Source of the DNA: Halocafeteria seosinensis
Lineage: Eukaryota
Direction of reading: 5' to 3'
DNA: 64,000 bases
Assembly (NCBI GenBank): GCA_001687465.1
Contig: LVLI01000101.1
Span: forward strand, 248,001-312,000
Part shown: positions 37,062-48,690 of the stretch, piece by piece
Position numbering within the stretch: the first letter of the stretch is position 1
Layout of the letters: the number at the start of each line of letters is the position of its first letter
The notes under the pieces: model-generated
Databases searched by the model: none
Seen by the model: only the letters and a program-made list of their open reading frames with translations
Told to the model about the DNA's origin: nothing
Translations under genes and position numbers: made by a program

Positions 37062-39407
37062 ATGCTCACGACCTCACGCGGGGCAGGCGGCGGCTACGGG
37101 ACGGACGAAAATGGGGCGTCCACAGACCGAAAAGAGCTGCTCACAGATGAAGATGATGATAGTGGGTTTTATACGGGGCCTTCAGGCGACGAGGACCATG
37201 GGCGCGTGCACTTGAGGGGGGTAGGCAGTACAGATGGCCCACCGGCACCACCACGCTGGAGACAACTACTTTGCAGTTGGAAGGCAATTACGCTGGCAGG
37301 ACTCATCACGATGACTGGAATCATTCTTGCTGTGGTTCTCGATGTGGACTCCAGCGGCTCTCCTTCAGGGAACTCACCGGGGCCTTCACCGACTCCACCT
37401 TCCGGAACTCCAGCGGAAAGGGCCTGCAAAGTATTCTGTCATGGACCCCTATTGAAAGCTGTCCAGCTCTCGGGAATTTTCGAAGATAGTAAGACCTTTG
37501 TGGATATGCCCATGAGAGATGAACCAGAGGCAATACTACAGGTAAGCGTACAGTTTGATACTGCAACTCGACGGGGGCGTACTTAAGTGTTTCATGTCGC
37601 TCTCACAGAGATTCCACAAAGTGTTTCCTAATGAAGAAGCAGCACAGAATTCACCACACCAATTAAAACACTTCGTTAACCAGCATTTCGCGAATGTGTC
37701 AGGGTCGCTCACTCCAGCTATTCCTCCGGACTTCGTGAGCTTCCCCACTATAGCTGAGGACCAGACAAACGAGACGCTGAGGAATTGGACGGTCTCTATA
37801 AACCGTATATGGCTTACTCTGTCCCGGAAACCTTCATCCTTGGTGGACATTTTCCCGCAAAGGTTTTCTCTTCTGAATTCGAAACATCCGCTTATTATCC
37901 CGGGTGACCGCTTTCGAGAGTCATACTATTGGGATACTTATTGGATCATTATGTACGTTTCTGCGGTTGAAGGCTCTCTTGGTACCTATCAGTTTTGTAG
38001 CCTCGTTTTCCTGGATTCTGCAGGGGGCTACAACGCTGTGGAATGACAACGACGGCTTTATACTTAGTCGAGAATTTACTCGGATATGTTGAAAGGTTTG
38101 GGTTTGTTCCCAATGGCGGCCGCGTATACTACCTCACCCGCTCACAGCCTCCTCTTCTATCGGAAATGACTCTCCTTCTGTACGAAAAAACGCTGGAGAG
38201 TGCAAATGACATGAGTTCGGGCAATATTTCTCTTTTGTCGTTTGCGGGGCCATTGCTTGAGACAGAGTACGACACGTTTATGGACGTACACAGTGTACAG
38301 CTACCATCTCTTTCAGAGTCGGAAACGGTAACACTGAACAGATATAATGCTAATACCTCTTTACCACGCCCCGAATCATATTTGACAGACTACGATCATG
38401 CTCGAAACCATGGGATTAACCCTTCCTCGGTAGAGGCACGAAGACTGTACCACCAAATTGCCTCTGGGGCAGAAACTGGTTGGGATTTTTCTTCTCGATG
38501 GCTGCAAAACAACTCCGACTTTGCAACCATCCGTACAGACAAAGTAATACCCGTGGAGCTCAACACAATTCTTTATAGGTAAGTTACAGGTCGGAAAATC
38601 CTAGGGTATGTCTTCATTTGGAGACTTCGTTGAAATTGTATTGCAGAATGGAGCTCAATTTAGCTTTAATCAATACGATCCTCGATCAGATCAATCCTGC
38701 TATGAATTTGACGAAGCATAACGCAAGTTATTATATTGCTCGAGCCAACGAAAGGGTGGAAGCCATGACAACCTACTTGTGGGACGAGAATTGCTCTTGT
38801 TGGAAAGACTACATTCTAGCCACCGAGAGTGAGAATACAACAGGAAAGATGTCCGATCAGATATCACCTGCAAATTATGTTCCAATATGGGGTGCATGTG
38901 GTCCAATAGCTTTGAACATGTCTCATTCGTGTTTATTTGATCACGCCAATGGAACTCTCGTAACTAACGTGGTTGAGTCGTTGAACACAAGTTCGCTTCT
39001 CCAGGAAGGCGGTGTGTTGACTACTCTTGTTGAAACGGGTCAGCAGTGGGACTCTCCAAATTCCTGGGCTCCATTAAACCACTGGCTGATTTCTGGATTG
39101 AAGGGCATAGGTACCTTGAAGACAGAGATGTTCGCAAGGGATCTGGCACGATTATGGTTACGTTCAAACTTAATTGGATTTCAGGAGAACAACAGCATGT
39201 TCGAAAAGTACGATGCGTACAAGCCTGGAGAGGTATGACAAGAATGGTCGTTTGTCACGGTGTATATGCTGTGCTCGATTACGCTTGCTTCCATTTTGTT
39301 TGCAGACTGGGGCTGGAGGTGAGTACACACCCCAAATAGGGTTTGGTTGGACCAACGGAGTAGCGCTAGACCTATTGAGTCTCTTCCGCTTCGACACTTT
39401 AGAGTGA
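37062..39407 (+). CDS. TREH: Alpha,alpha-trehalase (GH37), type II membrane-anchored, spliced
   Basis: FEDSKTFVDMP, IPGDRFRESYYWDTYW, GFVPNGGRVYYLTRSQPP, PRPESY, SGAETGWDFSSRW, QQWDSPNSWAP, MFEKYDA, GGEYTPQIGFGWTNGV. Confidence 0.95.
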
Positions 39408-39904
39408 ATCCTTTAATGCATGTTTATTTCTTGTCAATATCCGGGGTTTTCAGAGCACGAACTGGGGATATAAGCGTACAAGGGACGCTGAGTACTTCTA
39501 TCGGAGCAATTCCAGTGGTCTATTGTACACGCGCCTCCTTTCTTACATCCGTACGAAAGAGGCGCTGAACTGCCTAATACGGTACAATCGCTGGAGGGAG
39601 CACGGCTGCAGAGCTACATTAACCCCACTAAATGAGATCGCCCGAAAATTGGACCAGCATTGTATGAAGGGGACTGTGCTATAAATGAGGACAATACTTG
39701 ACTCCGTGTACTCGACGCATTCCCGGGCGATTCATGACATTACGGGGGTTTCCACTGCAATGGTTTGAAGGGAGACTGCGAGGTTCCGCCGCAAAGATAC
39801 ATAAAGCAAGTCCCACCGCAAAATACTCCACTTCCTTAATCGTTGCCTATTTTGCAATAAATAGACAAAGCCATGAATACCACATCATTACTAGAATCTC
39901 AGTA

Positions 39905-40349
39905 TCACGACTCTGCATCCCGCGCAAGCACTTGAATTTCGTCTGCTTGCACCGGTCCCTCTGGTGTTTTCAGTGTACCATCTTTCACTGTCGCATGGAG
40001 CTTCATTTGATACGCATTGATAGCATTGATTTCCCCCTGCAAGGCATCCATGAGAGCAATAAAAAACACTACTGAGACACAAGAAATACCTACTTTGAGT
40101 GTAAAGACAGCGTTTTCATCGATGTGTTTGTCCAATGACGAGTGCATAGACTGCGAATACAACAAGCCATACGCATAGATACACCATCTGAGCAGTCATG
40201 AAATCACTTTAACATGCACATACATCGTAAAATGTCCTCATTATGGCAGCGGCAACCTCCTTGGGCACTTCATCATTTTCCCTGAATTCGGCCAGAGTTT
40301 CCGCCAGGGCTTTCCCTGCTGTCGTTTGCGTATACACCTCTCTTGCCAT
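39905..40349 (-). CDS. TOA2: Transcription factor IIA gamma (small) subunit, divergent
   Basis: Exons 40349-40224, 40150-40094, 40036-39905 give 104 aa: MAREVYTQTTAGKALAETLAEFRENDEVPKEVAAAIMRTFYDSMHSSLDKHIDENAVFTLKGEINAINAYQMKLHATVKDGTLKTPEGPVQADEIQVLARDAES. This is colinear with the TFIIA-gamma pattern (YxxTTxGxxLxExLxE...F...KG...DxxxxxAxD). Confidence 0.8.
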
Positions 40350-40642
40350 TCTCCCACTTGAATCGTCTACTTTTCCCCATGCCTAAAGAGCTTCTATCGG
40401 GTATACATCAACACTAAAAAAGGTCCTACACTAGACGTGAAAATTTTGTATGCTAAAATGCGCGAAAAGATTGTCTGGTTCAGCATGGAGTCCTCTGCGA
40501 TGCATTACTACTGCATATGCGTTCTGTTTGGTGTTGTCCCAAGGTCGATGCCATGTTACTTTATCCATACAGAGAGGATATGATCCTCCTCATTGGTGTC
40601 GGTAAGCGGTAGAGGGAGAATAATGCTACTCCAGTGGGTGGT

Positions 40643-42047
40643 ATGGTATCTCCTGAGGAAAGGCACTTAGTGCATCAAACTCCTTTTCCGGCGTTCGCGG
40701 TACGTGTTGAGTGAATGTGAGGATTCTCCAAAACATGAGGCACAATACCCGCTTGGTTGCTGCCTTTCTAGCAGGTGGAATTTAACCCCTTTGATGACAA
40801 GCGGATCGCCGTTACTTCCTGCCAACACTTTGGAATCATAGGAAATGGACTACTGGAAGTCATTGAGCAAGCAGGGTCGCCCGCGGTATTTTCTAAGGTA
40901 TGCTTGTTGTAGAATCGCTCATGATCCACTGTAGGGAAACATGTTGAGGTGATACGCGAATCGGCAGACTCGAGAATGCAAAACCAGTGAGGGACTGTTT
41001 GACTGCGCATGGAGTGAATGTAATCCCCATCAAATTGTAGGAGCCTCAGGAGATGGGACAATTAAAGTGCGTACTGTACATCTGTCTCTTTAGTTACTTG
41101 GGGCTCTCATGTGTGTTGTTTGAATGCATGCAGTTGTTTGATTTACGCGCCGAAGACGCGCTACCTGTTGCGAAGTGGAGCGAGCACACTCAGGAGGTGA
41201 ATAGCGTCGACTGGAACGTAGTTAACAAACACAGTTTTATCTCAAGCTCTTGGGATGGCTCTGTTAAGGTATGCTCTGTGATTAGCAAAATCATTTGTCC
41301 TGTAGACTTGAATGGTACCCTTTTACAGGTGTGGAATGTAACGAGAAGTTCATCAGAGAGCACGGTGCATCCTCCCCGCCAAGTTCAGTGTCATAGTGCT
41401 GTATGGCATCCAAGCAACCCCGGGTTATTGCTTTCGACCTTTGCCGATGGTTCATTTTCCATGGCAGACCTGCGACGTAAGTTACCTAATCACTAGAAGC
41501 TATATTAGTCAACCAGAGATAGTTACAGCCGCGCCACTCGTACAGAGCCCCAAAATGCACGTACGGGTAGTACGCAGACTGAATTGACTAGCGCCGATTG
41601 GGATAAGTACAACCAACACCAGTTTGCTACAGGAAGTGCTACCGGATCAATTTATTTATGGGATCTTCGAAACGTGAATTCGCCGCTGGATGAGATACAC
41701 GGTAAGCCTACTACGATTGTCACCATTACGATTTGGCTCCCCTGCAAGCAAGACGGTTTGATTGTTGCGCAGCTCACCGATATTCTATTCGGAAATTGAG
41801 GTTTTCGCCATGGCGTCCATCAAATTTGGCTAGTACCTCATATGACATGAGCGTTGGCCTCTGGAATACGCACGGCAGTTTACTTCCTCATCAGAAACAC
41901 GATCCACTTCTATTGCGATTGCAGCACCACTCAGAATTTACTCAAGGCGTGGGATGGTCTTGTTTCCGAAAGGATGTTCTTTGTACCTGTGGATGGGATC
42001 ACAAAGTCATTCTATGGGATTTGCACCGTTTCGCTCCTTCGAGTTAA
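40643..42047 (+). CDS. PEX7: Peroxin 7, PTS2 receptor (WD40), multi-exon
   Basis: VEFNPFDDKRIAVTSCQHFGIIGNG, GLFDCAWSE, ASGDGTIK, EHTQEVNSVDWN, SSSWDGSVK, ADWDKYN, HRYSIRKLRFSP, LASTSYDMSV, HHSEFTQGVGWS, CGWD. Confidence 0.93.
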
Positions 42048-43325
42048 GATCTACAACCGCTTCTGTCATTGTCGCATATATCTACAACCGCTTCGATCAT
42101 TGACAATGATAGAATCTTGCGGCCCATCTGGCCCAGGCACCCTGCAGCCGTTTGCAAGCCATATATGGTGCCAAGAAGGAACCTAACGGGTATCGACTTA
42201 GTCCTGCTTTGAGTGCTGGGATACGGTGCAGAGTTACCGGGTACCGTACCGTAGTGGAGCTGGAGGCTCAGCCTGAAGCTCCGGCCATTGGTGTCAATAA
42301 CTCTGACCTCAATTTCTTCGATGCCGCAAGACGTCCCGATGGAGGGTCCAATCTATAGCCGGAGTAGCGATGATAAGGTTATGTATTAGTGCAAACATAT
42401 GAATGTTTACATCCCTGCTAATTGTGCTTCTCTCTAGTCATACCATGGTATCGTGCATGTGGATCCTACCCACGGGGTACACACGGGAGTCGGGGAGTCC
42501 GAGACACTGACTCAGGGAGCTGCCATTGACGGATCAAAGACAACTACGTTGCTATCCGTAATTTTGCATCCCTCTTGGAAGCGTATATGAGTCGGATGTG
42601 GCTTCAGTAGTTGGGATAGCCCTCCTAAAGTTTGATATCGGAGGCACTTGTTCTGGACGTACGCCGGCTGGTGAACTTCCGCTGGAGCATCCAGCTGATG
42701 TGGCAGTTTTGGGAGGATCGGAGTTGGTTCTACGCTCCCATCAAAGACACTGTGGCCACATCCGCATGCATTCCACGTCACATAGATGAATCATTCCGTT
42801 GTACAGCTTTTCTGGAATCAAGTAGGCATTTGATTGCATCGAAAATGCGTACGTGTTGAAGCAGCTCGGCTGCCCGGAGTCGGTGCGACCGGAGAAAAGT
42901 GCACTCGGAGCCGCCGTCCGGCCCCCTCCAACATACACACGCCACTTGCCGCACTGAATTCATGATCGTCAGCTTTGTTTGAACACTGTTTCACCTAAAG
43001 CACAACGTTGACTGCTATCCCACGTGTAGTGGATGGCCATTTCGAACTTTCACCAACCGTTAAGCGACCTCTTAAGAGCGACCGAACGAGCCCTCGTGTT
43101 CTTGGGGAGTTCAAGGGTTCTTTTCCTCAAAAAAAAAACAGTTGCTACGGAGGGACCCTTACTGCACACAGGAGCGTGACGTTCCTGCTCGTTATATGTC
43201 CAACAGCGCAGGTAAGATATAGGTCTGAATAAGGTATCCATTATTCAACTTGCGACATAAGGCAGCGTGTTTAGTGTAGAAGCATTCGCACGGGCCGAGC
43301 CATGTGGCATGCTGCTCGGACAGCT

Positions 43326-43548
43326 GGGCAGGAAAAAGGGGGCTAGACAGGGGGAGGCAGTGTGCAAGGGAAAAGCACACGGAACTGGCTCCTTCAGGCC
43401 ACCGGCTTCCAAAAAATGAAGTGACGGTCGGGCAGGAAGAAGGGGGCTAGACAGGGGGAGGCCGAGTGCAAGGGAAAAGTACACGGAACTGGCTCCTTCA
43501 GGCCACCGGTATCATACACCGGCTTTCAAAGAATGAAGTGACGGTCGG
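43326..43548 (+). repeat. ~104-bp imperfect direct tandem repeat (2 copies) upstream of bHLH-PAS gene 1
   Basis: gggcaggaa(a/g)aagggggctagacagggggagg...ggaactggctccttcaggccaccgg...atgaagtgacggtcgg starts at 43326 and again at 43430. Confidence 0.92.
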
Positions 43549-43645
43549 TCCTCCTTTCAATAAAATAACAAGAGGTAATGCTGTGAAACGTGTCGCAGTT
43601 CACTAGAACAAGTAACGTGGACGCATCACCCTTGTACCTTCATCG

Positions 43646-45358
43646 ATGGAAATGGGAATGAGAGAGGAAGAAATGGACACGGGACAGAATGGTGGTTTTT
43701 CTACACATTGCTACGCCAGATCGGAAGCGGCGAAAATCGCTCATAACAGAAGAGAAAGAGAGCGTCGGCGAAAAACAGCAGAGGCATTTGAAAATATACG
43801 CCAACTTCTCGGAGTAAGTCAATAGAAAGGGTGGTACTTTTGACTCTTCAGCCAATTACGCGGTGCGATTTTGGCTCCACTGCAGTTTTTAGGGTACGAC
43901 TCAGGAAGCAAAGACAAGCCGGCGATTCTCCATTCGGTCCAAGTTGCACTCTTGCATGAGGCTATGAACAAAGGGATTGTGGATGCCTCTTCTACTTTGA
44001 AGCGGAATATTGAAGCTGATTGCGAAGGACCAGTGAATCCACCAGGTATGTTGTTGCGGCAGAGCGTCGTTTAGGTTCTCAATGTATAAATTAGTCGATA
44101 TCACAGAAGGAAGGAAGAGAGCCCGCACAGACGAACCAGATTCACCCTCTGCAACGTCTTCGTTCTTCTCTGACTCCTTCTATAACAACTCGCTTCCTCA
44201 ATCGATTGTTGATGAGAACTTTACAATCACGGAGACCAATGCCTCCTTTCGACAATCTTTTTGCGGAGACCAAATTCCTTTTGGAAGAAGTGTGTTAGAA
44301 GTTTGCCATTCTGACAGTCACCCGAAGGTTGAACAGTACGTCCATGCTCTTGTCTGAATACTCTGGACATTTCGAAAGGCACACCCCGTTGTCTCTCTGT
44401 CGCAGTTCTTTGGCTACCGTATTCAATCAGCTACGCAAGAAACAAAGAGTAGAGGGCAAACGCGTTGAGGCTTTAGTGGAGTGCCATCTCAACATGCGAA
44501 AGAAAGAGGTACGGAGAGTGTTCGCTCAATGTCAACTGTGGTACATGATGGGATATACTTCCTTCGTTTTTGCAGGGAAGGCAAAGAGTAAAATGTACTG
44601 TTTCTGGGTTTGTTTCTGCCTCGATCCCCTATGCTCAACTAAGTTTTACGAGGGCTATAATGCCTCCCAGTGAGGAAAGTTCTAAGCATAGAGGAGCAAA
44701 TGAAACGAATGGAATCGCTAAGAAGCAACTTCCTCAGTCAACGCATCCAATCGCACCCCCTGGGAATGTTGTGCCTCCGTATCGTCCAGATACTCAACCG
44801 CGCTCCATTGCACCGACGAGGAATGCGCCTCGCACGCATGAACCAGCTAGCGAGAGAAGTTATCCAAGTCGTCCAATGGCTTACGCCCCAGCAAACTCAA
44901 CTGCAAGGAGGGTACCTCCGACGCATGAGCCAGAGCCAAGCAGCGAAAGAGCACATCGAAGTCGTTCAATGGTTTACGCCGCGGCAAATTCGACTGCAAG
45001 AAACTGGCCTCCGACGCATGTATCAGAACCAAGTAGCGAAAGAACTTACCCAGGTCATTCGATGGTCTACGTCCCCAATAGCTGCACAGGGTATGCACAG
45101 TGCGATCCTCGTCATGACCCTCCGCATGTGCCAAACGGTAGCCGACCTACGAGTCGACCACCGCAGTACTCGTGGTCAGGGGAACCATACGGTGGTTGGT
45201 ACAGTGTTCCTGAGGGTGACACCTGTTACTCTCAAGCTGGAGTGTGGGCCGTTCCTCATCCACCTCGTCCACCACCACCACCTGGTATGCACTCAGTCGC
45301 ATCCCAAGTACCTCCTGGGTATCCACGTTGTGTGCAGAATGGTGAACCCTACCGGTAG
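43646..45358 (+). CDS. bHLH-PAS transcription factor, gene 1
   Basis: Exons 43646-43813, 43886-44045, 44107-44335, 44406-44508, 44576-45358. bHLH KIAHNRRERERRRKTAEAFENIRQLLG|FLGYDSGSKDKPAILHSV; NLS GRKRAR; PAS FYNNSLPQSIVDENFTITETNASF...GRSVLEVCHSDSH...VECHL; Pro-rich tail. Confidence 0.82.
44828..45082 (+). repeat. Coding tandem repeat, 3 units of ~87-93 nt (PxTHxxEPSSERxxxxxxMxYxxxNS)
   Basis: Units start at 44828, 44915 and 45008. Confidence 0.85.
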
Positions 45359-46309
45359 ATAATATAGAAAATCTCAGTGCTACTTGGCAAACTCTGATGT
45401 CTTTATAGAGGAACATTTTACATGTGCGATGAGCGCAACGGTCTTCAATAGGCTTCTCAAGCTCATACAGCAGTGCAGGAACCGAGTTCGGAACACGCAC
45501 CCGCAAGATATGGTGGTGTTCAGCAATTGTATAGTTTAGCTCTGTCCAAATCGGGATGAATGTACTGAACCTACTAGTATCAATCCTTAATGCCGCCTTT
45601 GTTCTTTCTATCAATCACACATTTCTGACAAACGTGTATCTTCGGCTATTGAACTCTCGGGAACTGTATGTAGGAGCTTCGTTTGCTCCAGGGTTGAGAC
45701 ACTACACACATCATGTGACACTTGGGATAATAAAAGTTTGGAATCGTCCATCCTTATCTCCCAATAACGCAATGAGCAAAATGGAATTAGGTTGTCTGAC
45801 CCCCAAAGTAGCGTACATGTAGCTGTAGCTGCTGTTAGACTTCCCCTCTCTGTCCCAGTGTCCATTGGTATTGCTTCTAACGGAAGACGTGTCCCATGTC
45901 TCATAGGCCATTGATATGTATAGGTACCATGGCACATGTTGTACAATCGTGCTAGGGATTTGATGGTGTCACATAGGGATTGCCCCAGAAAGTTTCGACT
46001 TTCGCAATGGTGTTCCAACAATTTGCTGGATCAGACTTCAGGAGTAATACCATAGTGGAACGCACACATGTATGCTACCGTCGGGGTCACTCAGTATTCA
46101 TGATGTTTGCACAGGGATGGTAGAGACCTAAATCGATCGAAATCCTAGATGTTCTTATTTGTTAACTCGAGAAAACACGTGGCACCACATATAGTCATGC
46201 TTGGTGAAGCCGCTGGCACGAGTATAGCACTGCAACAGTTCTGCCAGTTCTGGATCCCGGAAGACAAACATAGTCCCAAAATATTATTACATTCTGATAT
46301 GCTCTGGTT

Positions 46310-47818
46310 TTATCTTTGTAGGGTGTGATGCCTAGCCAGGAATGTTGGGTTCATCAGTGTGGCTGGAGAGTGAATGTTTGCGCTCCTAGTGTTGCCATGC
46401 ACATAATACTGGTCATAATGGTTGATGGGAATTACCCAAACGAGTTTATGCCCACCTTCCTTCTCTACACCGTTCACGCTAGCCCTATGAACGCATATCC
46501 ACACGTCGGAAAGCTGCATGGACATAGACTCTATAGATATTTCTCACACTGTGCACATCTTGTTTTGGTGCACTTACTCCGTAATGTCCGAGTTCCGGTC
46601 GCATCCTCAATGCCATACATGCCGCACCGCTTGGATGCCCTGGAAGCGCCGACCCTTGTAGCATTCTGCAAGAAGCACAGATTACGTTACTTGCCATTCC
46701 CATGACTCGGTTTAATGGAGACTTACGTATGCAATGATCCGTGACATTGTACACATACAATCGAAAACAAACTATGTGTTAGGCGTTCTGTGTCTACCCG
46801 GAAGCATGCCTGTAGCAGAGCATTTAGTGCTTTGGTCATTGCATAGATGTTTCCTTGTGAGTCAGCCACACAGCCCAGAACGCCAGCGTTTTCCAGTATC
46901 TGGTCCCAATGCGGAGTGTGTGCAACGGGTAACTCTGTCGAAACCGTTTGATTACCTACTGCAAATACCCATCGCACTGTAATTATAATCGTTCGGATCA
47001 TGGGTACACTCTTTGAAACTTACTACTCGCAGGTGGTGCTGCAAGCTTATGAATGTTTTCTCGTAATATCGCCTTAACTGTCTCAAGGGTATTCTGTTTG
47101 TTAGAAACTCGCTGTTGGATCCCAATTCTCTGATTATCATTGATGAGTACAAAGAGATACAACAACTTAGTCGTCTCATATCGAAGTTAATGCTTACTTC
47201 TAGTATCTCTCGAAGTTCTTGAATGTGTTCACTTATGCGGCGGCTTCGTTCACGCTCTCGTTCATTATGGGAAATCTTTGAACAGGACTGATCACTTGAA
47301 GTACCTGCATCGGTAGCCTTACTCCTTGTTCGCTGGAAGGAATGGCTTTCGCCATTCGCACTATGAAGACTAGAATCATCTGACGAAGTACGTGAGGTGC
47401 GCGATTCGCCCGCAGCCTCCGGCGGATGAAGCAAAGCAAAAGCTCCCGAGTTTCCAGTATGCCCATTTTTTATAACTGAAGTTATCACAGCACCGACACT
47501 TCTTCCATTTCGTAGGCGTGACGATGTGTGTGCGTTCGCTGCTTTGGCTGCACGTGTTCTTCGAGTTCCTGTTTCCGCGGAGAGCACGTCCGAAGCAGGG
47601 GCATCTTTGGTGGTTTGAGGTTTAAAATGAACGCTCTCTTCCTCATGTATGACTTTACTACTAAGAGGAGCTAAGCATGAGTGACCATTAGACTCTTCCA
47701 ATCTTGGGGAAGGAAAGCTCCGCCGTGTAGCTTTTGTGATGGCCACGTGTTTCTGGCCTCCCGGGGAGGATTCTTTTCCGTCGTAAGCCCCAGGTTCTGC
47801 CACTGCTTTGCGTTTCAT
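46310..47818 (-). CDS. bHLH-PAS transcription factor, gene 2
   Basis: bHLH KISHNERERERSRRISEHIQELREILE|RIGIQQRVSNKQNTLETVKAILRE; PAS-like WDQILENAGVLGCVADSQGNIYAMTKAL...SLFSIVCVQCHGSLH...ALRMR...LSDVWICVHR...KLVWV; 3' end less certain. Confidence 0.75.
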
Positions 47819-48690
47819 GTTGCTTCTGCGTAAACAATATCACAGAGCATACATAAGATAGTTATTGTCTTGCTGGGATCAACGCCTTCGATGTTGGTCA
47901 ATTACGAAGTGAAGTCAATGACCGATGCGGGCGCTCGCGGTTTTCTGCATTGCCTCGTACTTACAATCATACGCTTCTTTTCAATTACTGGTTGGCTACG
48001 ATGCTTTATTTAAAGATACGTCTGAAGAACAAGTATAAGGAACTACCATACACGTCCTGTAGCTAGCGTATTCAAGCCAGCAATAGCTGAAGAACACCTT
48101 TTGCCCTTGGTCTCCCCTGTGCAACGGGGCTACAAAGTTATTCGACGATGCTCCCTTTAGTATAATCCAGGTCTCCGCCTACAAACAAACACATCCACAG
48201 TATAATGTTAGTCTGGAATAATTGCGCTTCCTGTTGCGTGCGCTATTTCGAAGGGCATTTGGTGGGACAAATCTGCCAATTGTTGTTTCGTGCTGCTCCG
48301 TGATGCGCTAAGATTCCGCTCAAGAAGTTGAACGAAGTTTTCAAGCACATTGAAGCAATGCTTGACCACAAGCATGAGCAAAACTCTTATATCTGGCAAG
48401 AATAACTGCGTTATCAAGCTAAGCATGACCGTGAGAGCAAAGACGCCTAGTGTGTACACCGTTGTACTGCTACTGACGCTAGTCAGTACTACCTTGGTAC
48501 TGTGAATACGCACGAAGAGAGAGTAAATTTCAGGAAGCTATACTACACGAGAGAAAAGATGGATATGGCTTGGCTTCCATTCGTCCTTTATTCCCTGGTT
48601 ACACCTGCAGTAGATGCTACTTTGCATCCCATTGGATGCTTGGAGCGTCCGTATGGATTTCATTATTTGGGTCACTGGACTAGGTTTTAT

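Noticed and set aside
43021..43026. CACGTG E-box upstream of bHLH-PAS gene 1 (autoregulation?)
   Set aside because: A single hexamer is expected many times by chance in 64 kb.
42100..43250. Stop-interrupted coding-like frames between PEX7 and bHLH-PAS gene 1 (possible transposon relic)
   Set aside because: No transposase or RT motifs, TIRs or LTRs identified.
44670..45362. 230-aa ORF overlapping the last exon of bHLH-PAS gene 1 in another frame
   Set aside because: No ATG or splice support; its openness is largely explained by the 3x coding repeat and Pro-rich composition. Dual coding cannot be supported.
45611..46021. Minus-strand ORF fragments that might be extra exons (second PAS) of bHLH-PAS gene 2
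   Set aside because: Could not be joined convincingly to the upstream exon, which already ends in a stop at 46310.
48208..48513. 101-aa minus-strand ORF between bHLH-PAS gene 2 and the CFAP97-like gene
   Set aside because: No ATG start at the ORF boundary and no homology; may be UTR.
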